Source of the DNA: Pseudogymnoascus verrucosus
Taxonomy: Eukaryota
NCBI GenBank assembly: GCA_001662655.1
Contig: KV460229.1
Reading direction: 5' to 3' (one strand)
DNA: 64,000 nt
Shown piece after piece: positions 1 to 12,632 of this stretch (its first letter is position 1; every line of letters begins with the position of its first letter). The notes under the pieces were generated by a model. That model was not told where the DNA came from. It saw nothing but the letters and a program-made list of their open reading frames with translations, and made no database searches. The position numbers were made by a program, and so were the translations under genes.

Positions 1-2
1 AC

Positions 3-2111
3 ACAGCAGTACATCTGCATGGGATGGAGGAAGAGGAGGCGAGAGAGCTGCTATTTACGAGAACCGGCAAGGAGAGAACGGAGCAAAATGTTGAATACGC
101 TGATGCTATTGTCAAGATGCTGGGTTGTTTGCCTCTGGCTATCGATCAGGCGGCTGCGTATGTGACGTCGAGGAATCTGCCTTTGGGGTCGTTTCTTGAG
201 CATTACTCGAAGAGGAAGGCGATGATCATGAAGCATACCCCTCAGCTGTGGGAATATAGACGGACACATGGAGAAGAGGGTGACGAAACCTCATTAAATG
301 CGTTCACTACGTGGGAAATGGACTTTCGACAGATCAAGCAGGAGGGTGTTCAGACGGAAAGTATTACCCATATACTGACACTCTTTGCGTTCTTCAATAT
401 TTTGAAGGTTTCGGAAGACCTATTTTCGGCATATTATAAGTCTTGTCCATTCCCGCCAACCTGGATGGAGGATTTTGTGACGGATGGAGAATGGGACTCA
501 TTTACATATGGAGATGTTATTGCAAGTCTACTCAAACTGTCGCTTCTACAGCAGCCACGAGCTGAGAGCAATGAATCCGAGTTCTCTATCCATCCTTTGA
601 TTAGGGATTGGATCCAACTGAGAATAAGTGCAGAAGAGCGCCGAGAATACCTCCATGAAGCGACACAGATACTAATGTCTTATGTCACCCTTAATCTCGA
701 GGGGACCATAACCCTTGCCAAACGCCGAGAAATCCTATCCCATCTCGACGCAGTCATGATGGCTGATTCTCAATATCTATCCAAAGGAAACCAACTAGGC
801 TACGGCGCTTTACGCCCCGTCTCACACACCTTTGCCACATTCTACGATACCTCCGGACGCTTCAAAGAAGCCGAAGAACTGCTCAAGCGCATCCTCGATA
901 ACGACACCGCCACAGAATCTCAGAACCTTATTGACCTCGACTCCCGCACAAGTCTCGAAACGCTTCTGAAGCTTTCCCAGGTCTATTTTAGCCAGGGTCG
1001 ATATGAGGAAGCTACTGAGATGGCCGAGCGCTGTTATAAGGGGTACACCGAGCTCGTTGATGCACAAAACCCTAACGTCGCCGCCGCAGCCATGAACCTC
1101 GCTGAGACATACTACAAGCGTGGCCGTAACGCTGATGCGCGCAAACTCTTCTCCTCCGCGCTGGATATCTACCAGGAGCACCTCCCTGCCAAAGACTTGC
1201 GCATCTACGCCGCGCAAGAGAAGCTGGCTGGTGTCCTCCGTAGCATGGGCGAGCACGAAGGCGCCTTTGCGCTGTATCGCCAGGCGCTGGCGGGGAAAGT
1301 GGCAGCACTGGGAGAGAAGCATGTCTCGACGCTACGCACCGGTGTCGCGCTCGCCAACAACTACCGAGCTCAATGCCAGTATGTGCCAGCGCTTGAGATA
1401 CTACTCCGTGCTGTGAGTATAACGACGGAATTACTCGGACCCGAGCACCCTGATACGCTGAATGCGATGATCCACCTTGGGATTTTGTGTCGGAATATGG
1501 GAAAAGCGGAGGAAGCAGAAAAGTGGCTACTGCGGGTTGTGGAGGCGGGTGGGAAGGCGTTAGGGGCCAGGCACCCGGATATTCTAAGGGCGGAGTTGGC
1601 GCTGGGCATGTTGTTTGTGCAACGGGGGAGAGTGGCGGAGGCGGAGCCGAAGCTGCGGATTGTGGTGTTGGGGCGGCAGCGGTATTTAGGGGTAAAGAAT
1701 GATGCGACTGTGAGGGCGGTGGAGATGCTGGGGTATTGCTTGTGGGAGACTGGTCAGCGGGATGAGGTGGAGGAGTTGTGTATGAGGAGCTGTGATGCGG
1801 TTGAAGAGGGGGGCGAAGTGGGATGGAAAGGGAATCAATATGCGGCCTGCGAGAGAGTTTTCAGGAAAGCTGTGACGAGGGGGGATAAAAATCTGGGGCG
1901 CGATCATCCAGATACGTTGGACTGTGTGCTTATGCTGGCTCAAATATGCGAAGCTCGGGATAGAGTGGGAGAGGCACGGCGGCTGTTTGAGGGGGTTCTT
2001 GATGCACATATAAAGAGGCTAGGTCTGGATGATTTTGAGACGGCGAGTGTAAGGGATAAGTTGGCAAGTTTGAAGGAGGAAGCAGAAAGCGAGAAGAAGG
2101 GAACGTGGTAG
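3..2111 (+). CDS. Fungal NLR-like protein (C-terminal part of NB-ARC plus TPR repeats), 5' end outside the window
   Basis: Frame is open from base 3. It has the NB-ARC GLPL-type motif LGCLPLAIDQAAAY, an MHD-like IHPLIRDW, and degenerate ~42-aa TPR repeats (LGEKHVSTL, LGPEHPDTL, LGARHPDIL, LGRDHPDTL). Confidence 0.9.
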   Translation, partial: TAVHLHGMEEEEARELLFTRTGKERTEQNVEYADAIVKMLGCLPLAIDQAAAYVTSRNLPLGSFLEHYSKRKAMIMKHTPQLWEYRRTHGEEGDETSLNAFTTWEMDFRQIKQEGVQTESITHILTLFAFFNILKVSEDLFSAYYKSCPFPPTWMEDFVTDGEWDSFTYGDVIASLLKLSLLQQPRAESNESEFSIHPLIRDWIQLRISAEERREYLHEATQILMSYVTLNLEGTITLAKRREILSHLDAVMMADSQYLSKGNQLGYGALRPVSHTFATFYDTSGRFKEAEELLKRILDNDTATESQNLIDLDSRTSLETLLKLSQVYFSQGRYEEATEMAERCYKGYTELVDAQNPNVAAAAMNLAETYYKRGRNADARKLFSSALDIYQEHLPAKDLRIYAAQEKLAGVLRSMGEHEGAFALYRQALAGKVAALGEKHVSTLRTGVALANNYRAQCQYVPALEILLRAVSITTELLGPEHPDTLNAMIHLGILCRNMGKAEEAEKWLLRVVEAGGKALGARHPDILRAELALGMLFVQRGRVAEAEPKLRIVVLGRQRYLGVKNDATVRAVEMLGYCLWETGQRDEVEELCMRSCDAVEEGGEVGWKGNQYAACERVFRKAVTRGDKNLGRDHPDTLDCVLMLAQICEARDRVGEARRLFEGVLDAHIKRLGLDDFETASVRDKLASLKEEAESEKKGTW

Positions 2112-2253
2112 AGAGAGTAAGAGGCAGGAGCAGTAGCACTAAATTGCAATACTATCACTATAAAGACTATTTAAAGATCAAGCAAGCCCCGAGCCCAAAG
2201 CGATAGCTCGCATAGTTATCCGTCAGCCACCGCAGTCGCGCATTACCTAGAGC

Positions 2254-2979
2254 CTAAATCTCATACTTATAATCCATGTCCAAGCTTGCCTTCCAAATCC
2301 GATTGGGATGCGTCTTGTAATTCACATAGTAAGTAGCCGCGAGGGGCTGCATATCCAGGTGCCAAATATCCCGACCTGTATCGAGATTATAAATCTGCGC
2401 CTTTTCATTCCACGATATCCGAATCTCCTCATCGACGGGGATACCATCCCCACAACCGAACAAGTCGTGGAACCTAATAGCTCCCCATTCGTGCCACTTG
2501 CCGCTGAACCATTGAGCAATGTGTAACTTACCATCGCCTCGTCGAAAAGAGAGGTGAAGATTAATACTCTTGTCGTCGATAGCCCAGAAGTTGAACTCTG
2601 TCACATCGCTGTTCGACGTCGGATGCGGGGTATCATCCATCTCTGGGTGCCCACTGTGCTCCATAGCACCCTCCAATTTCAAGGTGATAAAGCCGAGCTG
2701 GGCTTCGAAATGACGTGCCAGAGTGATGCCCCAGCAGTTTGCTTTGATGACATATTGTTTAGTCTCTGCATCGCCCCGGCCGAGCTGAAGAGGGCTAGCC
2801 AAGCTCTTCATTGAGGAAGATACCGAAGGGCCGCTACTACAGTATTCATATTTAGCTATGAGTTTGTGTTGTGAGTTTAAGGTCATTGATGGACACTCAC
2901 GTAGTAGGCAATGGGAGCTCGTATCCGTGTAGGTGGTACTCTGACTTTGGAACTGGTTTGAGCTGGACTGTTGATCCAT
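2254..2979 (-). CDS. Hypothetical protein, C-terminal half possibly galectin-like beta-sandwich
   Basis: 241-aa uninterrupted ORF with an AT-rich TATA-like stretch upstream (~3120). FNFW..DKSINLHLSFRR...QWFSGKW resembles the galectin LHxxxR..W strand pattern by eye only. Confidence 0.55.
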   Translation of the reverse strand: MDQQSSSNQFQSQSTTYTDTSSHCLLRECPSMTLNSQHKLIAKYEYCSSGPSVSSSMKSLASPLQLGRGDAETKQYVIKANCWGITLARHFEAQLGFITLKLEGAMEHSGHPEMDDTPHPTSNSDVTEFNFWAIDDKSINLHLSFRRGDGKLHIAQWFSGKWHEWGAIRFHDLFGCGDGIPVDEEIRISWNEKAQIYNLDTGRDIWHLDMQPLAATYYVNYKTHPNRIWKASLDMDYKYEI

Positions 2980-3552
2980 ACGAGAGCCCCGGAAGACTAT
3001 TGTGCGTCGCCATGAGGCTTGAATTAACCTGGTCGGCCATAGTTATGATGGACAATAAAGGATAAAGGATATAGAGGAAGTCCTTTTAACGCAGAGAAGA
3101 ATTGACAGCGGGTATGAGGTATTTATATACTACACGATTGCCTGATACAGGGCCTAGCCGGTGCGACATTGCACATGGGTAACGTCGAATTGGGAAACCT
3201 CATCTGTACTCTAGATGTAATTGAGGCTGGCTGAGTTTACAACTAGCACCATTTCCTTTGCCTATCAGATAGAGAATCTGTGTAAAATCGTGTGTATTGG
3301 GCTGAAGAAGACGCGGTGCCCGAACAGGAATATCACAGCTGAGTGCAGGAACCAGGGTTATATTGTAGCCAACCAAACAGCTTACAGGAGACGACCAATT
3401 GCCAAGACTGTAATGCATGAACCACGGGTTTAGGCTGCCGATAACGCCGCCCTGTTATACATGGCTCTTCAGCTTTTAAAATATTTAAGCTCTTTACTAC
3501 TATCGGCGGAGCCGGTTCTCCAGCAGTTAACTCAATAGTCGATGTAGACAAC

Positions 3553-5645
3553 ATGCCTGCTTGCATAGATTGCGGGTTTATCGACCTCATTGGTCTATAG
3601 ACTACAAAATCGTCCCGATTACACAAACCAAGCTTCCTTGAACTTGTATTCTCTGCCGAGAACTGCCTAAGCTGCGAGATCATTCTCGAAAGCCTACCAA
3701 CCCCGCCTGTTGCAGGGCTTCCGCTGCCTACATTGCTTGCGCCGAGTGCGCCACTACTTGTTGTGACTGTCAACGGGTACAAATATGCAAGGACGGTTGT
3801 AGACAGTCCTATAAACATAGACTCCTTAATATTCTACTTCGACGACCTGTGGAATATACAAGGACTAGATAATGTACAGGGAAAAGCAGACCCTAATTAC
3901 TTCCGTAGATGTCTGGATGTTTTTTCAGGTGAGTAGTGTCATAATTCTATCAGCTATCTTTATTAAATGCTACTTGCAACTTAGATAACCCTGCCACCTT
4001 CGATTACATTGTTGGCCGGCCGGTAAAACCAATACTAGACCCTGCCGTGGTATTTGGATGGTTTGACGAATGCAAAAAGCATCCAGAGTGCTCCGAGTAT
4101 TCAAACTTATCTGCAGTCCACAAGAGCGATTTTCCCTCCCATCTTATCGATGTCAATCCCAAAGAAGGCCCCATTCGATTAGTTCAATCAAAAATTAAAG
4201 GCACATGCAAAAAATACTTGACGCTGAGTCACCGGTGGAAAGATAACACAGTGAAGACTACGCAGCAGTCCCTATGTGCACACCAAAAGCGCCTGCCACT
4301 CGAAGAACTCGGTCAATGCTTTAGAGATGCTATTAATATCACAAAACGACTAGGATTTCGATATATATGGATTCATGCTCTATGTATTGTTCAGGATGCT
4401 CCTCTCGAAATGCAACGAGAGTGCTCGCACATGAAGGACATATATCAGAATTGTACGATCATGTTAGCAGCAGACCGTGCCGGACACTCAAACTCTGGGC
4501 TTTATCCGATCAAGCAAGTTTCCAAGGAGGCAGTACTGCCATTCCGAGGTCCAAGCGGGGAGCAGATTTCACAGTTCACAATAAGCAGTCGTCGGCTTAG
4601 CACTTTCGACTCTGATGTGATCCATGGCGTGCTCAGCCCCCGAGGTTGGACACTACAAGAGCGAGTTCTGGCTCCTAGAATGCTTTATTTCGGCAAGTCT
4701 CAACTGCACTGGGAATGCCGAACTTCTATCTGGAATGAGAGAACAGATTTCAAGCGCATCTCTTATACTTCTCGTATGTTAGACGATGCTCGAGAGATGA
4801 TTGCGGCCATAGGTAGAAAAAATCAAGGAATCCCTTCCAGCCGTGATATGGTCGGGACGGGCGTTGGGTACACTGAATATACCGTCTGGTATGACCTTGT
4901 GTCCGCCTATAGCTGCCGTAAGCTTACTTTTCCGGAGGACAGGCTGAAGGCCATTTTGGGCCTCGCCCAGTTGTTTCTGGGAATTATTAGCGACGTATTT
5001 GTATGGGGCTTGTGGAATAAGGACCTAGCTGCTGGGCTGCTTTGGAGCGTTCACGCAGCCGCGCCTATAACGAGACTTCAAGCCCCTTCATGGTCATGGG
5101 CATCGATGGACGGGGAACTTACATTTTATATCCCGAGTACAAAATGGGGCCGTCCGCTTCGCGGGAGCTTGGAAACCACATGCGACACGATCTCTCTTAC
5201 TGATTCGGAAGGCCCTCATGGTACATACCAAAGTGGACGATTTTCCTGCCGCTGCCCCGTTATGTTGGTAGCACTTTTAGCTAGCGCCAAGATCGAAGAG
5301 AATGAAGAATACCCTTACGACCATCTAAGACAGGAGCCAAATGCAGAGGTCCGCGATGTTGGGAATAAAGGGTTGGTAATTGGAACCGCAGCAATGGACG
5401 ACGACTCTCTGGTACAAATGTCAGATCCGCTACATCCATTGAAACTTCATGCGGCGATGTTTTACCGCCAACACCCTCTCCTGGCTGACGGCCAAATAGT
5501 AAATGGCAGAGAGCAAGTCTTACTTTCGTACTGTATATTGCTAAAGCCTCTTGTTGAAGATGGCATTTTTCAACGGTGTGGGTACGCGGAAATCCAGTCT
5601 AGCGCCTTTTCTAGAGTCGAGACGAGCAGCATTGGAATTGTATAA
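3553..5645 (+). pseudogene. HET-domain (heterokaryon incompatibility) gene with an in-frame stop near the start
   Basis: ATG 3553 reads MPACIDC...HKPSFLELVFSAENCLSC, then intron 3929-3984 joins in phase to DNPA..IVGRP and the 4047 ORF. HET motifs: YLTLSHRW, WIHALCIVQD, MKDIY, RGWTLQERVLAPR, PSWSWAS. In-frame TAG at 3598-3600. Confidence 0.8.
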
Positions 5646-6235
5646 AGCGCTATTCATTCTAGGACACCTTTTTAATTTTATGTACCCTGATAAAGAGCTC
5701 TTGTAGGCCTACAGTAGCAGCATGCCGTAGCCTAAAACATGCGGTGATGCGAACTCACACTTGCACCGCTATATACATTGTGGGGGTTAAATTTCAATAA
5801 TTAGCCAGGGTGCAAGAAAATAAACGTAATGACAGCTGGGCGGCGTTCTATAGAATATACCCTTTATGCATGGTAATATGTAATCTTAACTTTCGGAGGC
5901 CTTCGTCAAGGTTATGCTCTCTTCCGCCCCTGCAACCTTCTCAGCCTCAGCCACTAACGTCATTTAGGTCACATTAACCCCGGCGAGAAAGAGTGATTGG
6001 CGGACAATCAACGTCAACCCCTATTTCAGCTTGACAGCCGCCACTATGCACTAGCTTATACTGGGGAAGACGGCGCGGCGATCCGCCAACACCCCAAAAT
6101 ATAACATCGTCGCGATCTGCCTATCTGGGAAATAAGCGGCCTTCGTGAATTTACTCCGCGCTTACCTCGCTCTTTACCTCAACGACGACGACGACGATCA
6201 GAGCCAAAGATCTTCGTTATGGTGTCGCAGCAAGA

Positions 6236-7954
6236 ATGATGTTCTCCCGCAACGTCACGCCTATGGGTTTAAGCTTTCTCTTATCCCTAACGGTCTTTGC
6301 TTCCAGTACGCACAGCATCCCATGGCTTCTTCCCAATATCCCCATTGCCAGTTCATTTGCTAATACCTTCCCCAGACACCTTGGCTATCCCCTGCTACGT
6401 AGATCCCGAATATATATACGAGTCATTCACCGTCTCAAGCCAAGCAGAACTGAACAAAGCGGTTGAGGGCTGCACTTCGATTATTGGTATCCTTATTATT
6501 GGGGTCAATTACACAGGACCCTTCTCCCTCCCCTTTATTACGTCCATTAGCGAAGGGATCAGGACAGAATACGATTATACAACCGGCAATATCACGGACT
6601 CGCTTACATCTGTCGATGCTGAACATCTCACATCTATAGGCTACGTGTCCCTCACATATTCTCCAAAGCTCGCAAAAATATCGTTTCCAAATCTATCCAA
6701 TGTTACTTCTGGTATTGAACTCGAGGGGATTGGAGAATCTGCATCTGTAGACTTTCCGTCATTGAAGGTCGCGCCTGCAGATTTGAGACTCTCTGGCTAC
6801 ATTGGGACGTAAGTACTGAGCACGCCTTAATATGTTAAAACGCAAGCCCATTTCTAATTTTGCTTTAGTATCAACTTTCCGATTCTAGCAGAAGTCGGTG
6901 GTACCTTGCACGTAGCTAACGACAATGAGCATAGCGTATGGAATGAGGTCAACTACGTGCATGATTATAAAAGAAGCTACCCTCAAAGCAGCTACCCTTT
7001 TTTGGATGTCGGCTTTCCTGCACTGCAGAACGCTTCATCACTTGAAATCAAGGGAAATATATCAAGGTATAAATACCATAGTCATTACAATCACGTACTA
7101 ACACATGTCATAGCATAAATTTGCCACAACTTTCTGTAATAACTATGGACTACGGAAAAGAAGACATGAAACATGGGGTGTCTATATCAGCAAGCACGCA
7201 TCCATTGAATATTACCCTACCTAATCTTTCAGAGTCATCATTCATTTCTCTTTCTGGAGAAATTGGAAGGTTACTTGCATCCCAGCCCCTCACTTGTTCA
7301 TCATGCTAAGTTTTGCAGCTTTTCCTTCCCGAAGCTTCTTAGCACCGGCTCCCTCAAGGTCGATGCGTCTGCTCCTTTAAGCGTCAACATTACTCCGTTA
7401 GTGACAACGGATACGCTGGCATTGTCTGGGAATATCACTGGGTAATAATAGTCTTGTCCTTTTTATATTTCTTGTTGCTTACTTACCTACACAGACTATC
7501 ATTGTCATCACTTGAGCATGTTGGCGAAGTAAACATCAATAGTAAAGAGGTTCTTGATTGTTCTCCTGCCATTGCTGCGTGGGAAGGTGCCAATCATTCG
7601 ATCCCAGATGACAAGTTCAAATGCACTGGGCAGAAAGCCCCGCCGCCGAAGAAAACTTTTCCGAAGGCCGCGATAGTAGCGATTAGCATTGTCATCCCAC
7701 TCGTGATTATCATCACACTTGTCTTGTTATACATACAAAAAAGAAAGAAGGCTATTTGGAGGCGAGACGCGGCGCCACCCCCAGAGTATGACATCGCATT
7801 AGAGGCACTTCCAAAGTACTCCCCGCGAGAAGATGGGGGAAGTGTGAATCAATCCCCGCGAGAAGATGGGGGGAGTGTCAATGGTCCTGGAAGTGTACAG
7901 GGCTCTGAAAGCGTGGCTAGTACACAACCGTTAGAAAGGAGAAATGGTGTATAA
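6236..7954 (+). CDS. Type-I membrane protein with Ecm33/Sps2-like receptor L-domain repeats (about 6 exons)
   Basis: Signal-like N-terminus, GCTSIIG, repeated xFPxL..V.G.L motifs over several GT-AG-separated ORFs, TM helix AAIVAISIVIPLVIIITLVLLYI followed by KRKK, and cytosolic PPPEY/LPKY. Confidence 0.75.
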
Positions 7955-8155
7955 TATGGTGACTTTGTTGGCGTATATAGGTTCGAAGTATCGAAGCTAC
8001 CATGGATATTTTGCCGAGTCACTGGTGTCGAAGATAGACTAATATAATGTTAATGGCTTGACGGAATTAAAAACGTGGTACTCGACATTGTTCGCTTTCA
8101 ATACTATCGAAGCTATCTAACGCGATCCCTTTTGCGCTTGCAGATAGAGAGACAC

Positions 8156-8208
8156 AATGCCAATCCCCGCAATGCCAATCCCCGCAATGCCAATCCCCGC
8201 AATGCCAA
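8156..8208 (+). repeat. 15-bp tandem repeat (aatgccaatccccgc), about 3.4 copies
   Basis: Directly visible in the intergenic sequence. Confidence 0.9.
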
Positions 8209-8631
8209 GCTGCCAAAAAAAGCCTGGGACCAAACCCAAGAGATATGCGCCACAACCCCCGCATTGACCTGACAGTCTCACATTGGCAAGTGTCAAGCTT
8301 CGCTACAACTTAAGCTTGCCGCTAGACTAATCAAAGACGAAGATCGAAGATCTTCATAAACTAGGGTAAGCAGCGGTTGATATTTCCCCCGTGTCTCAAA
8401 TTTAATTGCGCCTTTAACCAATTATATTGCATGATATCCCCTACATTGAGATAACCTAGATAATGATTCGTGGGGCTGTGATAATTCAATGGGAAGGATT
8501 TAGGTGAGACTAATGTGGAGAAGTTCCTGTAGCTTATATAATATGCGTGGGGGTTTTCACATAGACAAGCTTCGATGCCCTTCATTCATCAGTGTGTTTA
8601 CATCTCACCAGCAGCTTCAATTTAAAGCAAG

Positions 8632-10278
8632 ATGCGACATCTACTATTATCCCTGGCATTAGCCTTCTCCAACGCAGATATGTCGCTTCAAAGTGTGCTT
8701 GCGACGCGGACAACTTCTACCTCTGGGTTGGGCCACAATGCAACCCCTATCCCAACGCCAACGGAGACTCCTTGCAGTAATAATGGTTATAAGTTGGAAC
8801 GGAGAGCGGGACTCTACTCCACCCCGCGTCGTATTTGTGGATGGTTCTCAGGCACAAGCGCTGGTAAGTGCATCCGCTTGGGACATAAATTTAAGGCTTC
8901 CAAATGGCCCCTCTATAGTCACTGACTTTGGATATCGATAGTTGCCTGGCAGTACAATGATGCGTTTGCAACTTGTTTTTTTAATTCCGACGTGAACATA
9001 GTTGGAAATGGGGTACCATTCCAGACGACTTGTGTTGATGGTGCACAATTAAGCGCAGGGCCCTGCACTACTTGTTCTGGCAGTGTGCTCGAATGGTATG
9101 TTTACTGTTCCCATCTCTCATTGGAAGTGTGCTGATTTAAGGAATGGTTTAGTTCGTCAACAGCCTCATTTTGTGAGACGTATTTTTACGGCTCAGACTA
9201 TTTCGCATATGGATGCGGGACGGAATCAGGAATAAGTCATATCTTGCAAACGACCCCGGACGGCATGGCCGATCCAATTGCCTTTCCTATATACACCGGA
9301 AAAAGGGGGATATCTATAGGAGTTCAATATCCAAGTGACTATCCAAGTGAGTCGAGGACAATAGAGACAAGCTCGTACTCCTTGCCTTCATCCACTGAGT
9401 CCACGGATTCGTCCGCCTCAACTCCCACAAGCCCCTTACTAGACCCTTCCACAACTCCCAATAAGGAAGCATCTTCTAAATCCGCTCCAGTGGGTGCTAT
9501 AGTGGGTGGAGTGATTGGAGGCGTCTTTTTAATTGCTCTCATCGTCGGCATTGTGTTGTTCTTGGTCATCTACTCGAGACGAAAAAACCAAAACCTCGCT
9601 CCGCCCCAACATCAGCCACCACAAAACGGGTTCGGCAATCGTCAGGTTAATCAATATCCTCCTATGCAGCAATATCCTCCGCCGCATAATCCCGAGGGAG
9701 GATTTGTCCCTCAAACGAATCCAAACCAGGATGGCTTTCCGCCACAGCAACCTGTAAACCCCGAGCTTAACCTGAATATTGTCAACCCACAAGGATTCCA
9801 CCAGAGGGCAGTTTCCCATATTCAGCTAAATCAGCATACGCCCCCGCCACAGCATCCTGCTAATCCCGAGCTCGATTCGCGTCTCATTAATCCGCAGGGC
9901 TTTAACCAGGGGGTTGTTTCTCATATTCAGTCAAATGGACATACGCCTTCACCCCCGCAACCCACTGCATCCGGGATTAATGAAAATCTGCCAAACTATA
10001 GCCAAGGCGTATCCCCATCCGAGCTTCCCCAAAGCCAATCAATCATTCCGCTACAGCAACCCGCTACACCTGAGCTGCATGGCAATCAACCAAGCTATGG
10101 TCAAGGGACATCCCCATTTGAGCTTTATCAAAACCAATCTACCACTCCGCAACAGCAGCTGGCTCAACCGGAACTTGATTCTCGTCCTGCTAACCAGGCC
10201 TATCTCCAACAAGTCTTTGTGTCTAACGGCCAGCCTCCGCAAATGAGAGATGGCTCGAGGATTCATGAGGCGCCGTGA
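8632..10278 (+). CDS. Type-I single-pass membrane protein: Cys-containing ectodomain, S/T stalk, Pro/Gln-rich tail
   Basis: Signal peptide MRHLLLSLALAFS, introns at about 8864-8941 and 9096-9152, TM VGAIVGGVIGGVFLIALIVGIVLFLVI followed by RRK, and tail repeats PELN/PELDS/SELP/PELHG. Confidence 0.8.
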
Positions 10279-11991
10279 AGTCATTAGGCCTCGGCTTAGC
10301 TATCAGTATGTCATGAGACAGCAGCAGGTCTTCGAGATGAACAGCGAGCGGTTACGAAGCCTAGACTACCCGAGCTACTCCTCCGCCAAGTCATTGGGCA
10401 TCGATCCTGCGAATGTGTTGTGAAAGAAAACGATCCTTCCATTATTCGGTGTGCAGACACACCGCTCATGCTGCATTGGAAATACTATATTCTACCCGAT
10501 ATGATATACGACGCACCAGCGGCACTTCCTTGGATGCAACGTCGCCTACACATCTTGCCGTGCTGGATGTTCTTACGTGCATCTATCAACCAATGGTACC
10601 GGTATGCCACGGCAGTGAACTATCTTAGCGACCTGGATTATGATGCCTAGAAATCCTACCTAGATATCTCCGCGGGCATGTGCTGGATTTGTACATCAGA
10701 GTTTGGTCAACGCTTGGGGGTAATTTTGTGACCGAACCCCGCCGTGATTAGGATCTATTAAGAGTCATCGGTCCGGATGGCATTCTGCTTGATCCACGGC
10801 ACGGAGTCTCTAAATGCTATGTGTGAATCAAGCTTTAAATATACTGAAAGTAGTAAGCAAGAGCGATTTCTAGAAAGGTAGAGTACGTCGCTGCTGCAGT
10901 ACTTCCGTAGCATATTGTAGATTTTAATACAATTTTTAAATATTTCAAAATATACTTCAAGGTCAGACCACATCCAGCATATCATTATTTTAATTCGGCC
11001 TAGCGATTGTAATGCCGCAAAACGGTATATACGTAGATTTATTACCTCCTCTCGTATACAGAAACGTACGTACCAAACCCTGCCAAGACTTTACTCGGGC
11101 GCTAAGATTGTTTTAGCTGTTACAATCTATTTTCGGAACAGAGGAAATGCACGGAGTCCAGCCTTACGCACAGGGAAAACGTCGGCTTTAGATGTGATTT
11201 CTTGTAAATGTCACCAAGAAAGCTCGAGCTCTGGCTTCCCCGCTTCCTTCAAGTCTCGGCGATCAAGCTAGGGAGTTGGATGATGCTACGGGAGGAGCCT
11301 AGAACCGTCCATAGATCGGCTGGGATATTTAGGGTTCTGTGGTGGGCGGCTGCTTTTTGTATAAAAATGTATCTGTTATTGTCGAGGCGTTGGGACAGAC
11401 CGATATGTATCCCACATGATTTGGTCACGCCTGCACGTAGACGTAGATTATATTGTATAATTTGGCCTTTCAATTGACTCTATTCCCCCTGTTCCACGCT
11501 GTCTGTGGGGGACGTGCTCTTATGCCCCTATTCCGGGCCGAGGCCTACCCGTTAGATTACTGACAGGTCCACGCTTACTTTGCTTGACTTCTCTCACCCC
11601 AACAGAGATTTATCAGTTCCGGAAACTTCAAGGCGTGAATCCTCCAGCACATTTTTTCTACAATAAAAATCCATGTCGTATCTCAACGGCCCACGTCGCT
11701 TGCATGGCAGTTATGTTTTCAGCTTGACGATCCTGAAGGATTCTTGTGGAGTTCCATCCGGAATCCTCCCATGGCTGGTCGGTGCGCATCTAGCCAACCA
11801 CCGGCATCCTTGCACGCCTCAGCCGCAACCTCATTTGTAATTAATTTCACTCCGCGGACACTCCACTCCTTCACGTTCAGGAGGAGGATTTATATTTACG
11901 CTCTTTATAAAGACTACACTTCCCCGCAAAGTGCGGTACTCCGTAATATCCATCATTATCTGTGACGTTTAAACCAATCCACAACACTAAA

Positions 11992-12632
11992 ATGAAGCTC
12001 CTCACCACCACCCTCGCTGTGCTCTCGGCACTCCCCCTTGCCCTCGTATGTCACCACCAGCGCGTACACACGTGATTGCCATTGCTGACCACGCTCTTCA
12101 TTGTAGGGCTTCGCCACGTACCCCTCCGTGGAACCCCTACCTGCCCGTGATATCTTTGCGCGCCAGGAGTTCATTGTAAGTCATGCTGCGCTTTCTCGAC
12201 CAAGCTGTAGCTAGTTATTGACGGCGTGTAGGAAAAGCATTTCTGCTACCCAGTTGAAGCGGTTCCCAGTCTTCGTCCTGGGAAGACTGTGGACGTGAAC
12301 AAGCTCGTTGCGCTGGTTTCAGTGGAGACGAACGATGTCTTGATGCTGAAGCAGACTTGTACCGTTTTTACGTGCTATAACAATATAGGGATCAACCTTT
12401 GCAACTTCGTATGTGCCCTCGACTAATTTTCGAAATGTCATCTTACTAATGTTGGCATCAGGATTCGAAGGATGTTGTGATAACCGCTCTCAAGCTGGCC
12501 CTAGAGATCAATGAAATTTCCGTCTATTGCAACCAGGGCGGCCTGACTGCAGGTGTAAAGTCTAGCAAGAATGGATACACCGTCACCGTGGGATCGATTG
12601 GCTCAATCAAGCCAGGATGGAGCTGTGCTTAG
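11992..12632 (+). CDS. Small secreted 6-Cys protein (156 aa, 4 exons), absent from the ORF track
   Basis: Exons 11992-12045, 12107-12175, 12232-12408 and 12462-12632 are all joined in phase 0 by canonical GT-AG introns. Reads MKLLTTTLAVLSALPLALG...CTVFTCYNNIGINLCNF...PGWSCA*. TATA-like tttataaa at ~11905. Confidence 0.85.

Noticed and set aside
8067..8272. ORFs with repeated WHCGD or RNANP as possible RiPP repeat precursors
   Set aside because: They arise from a 15-bp DNA tandem repeat and have no signal peptide or KR-delimited cores.
10413..11477. Short ORFs as gene or transposon relics
   Set aside because: No recognisable motif, terminal repeat or consistent splice pattern.
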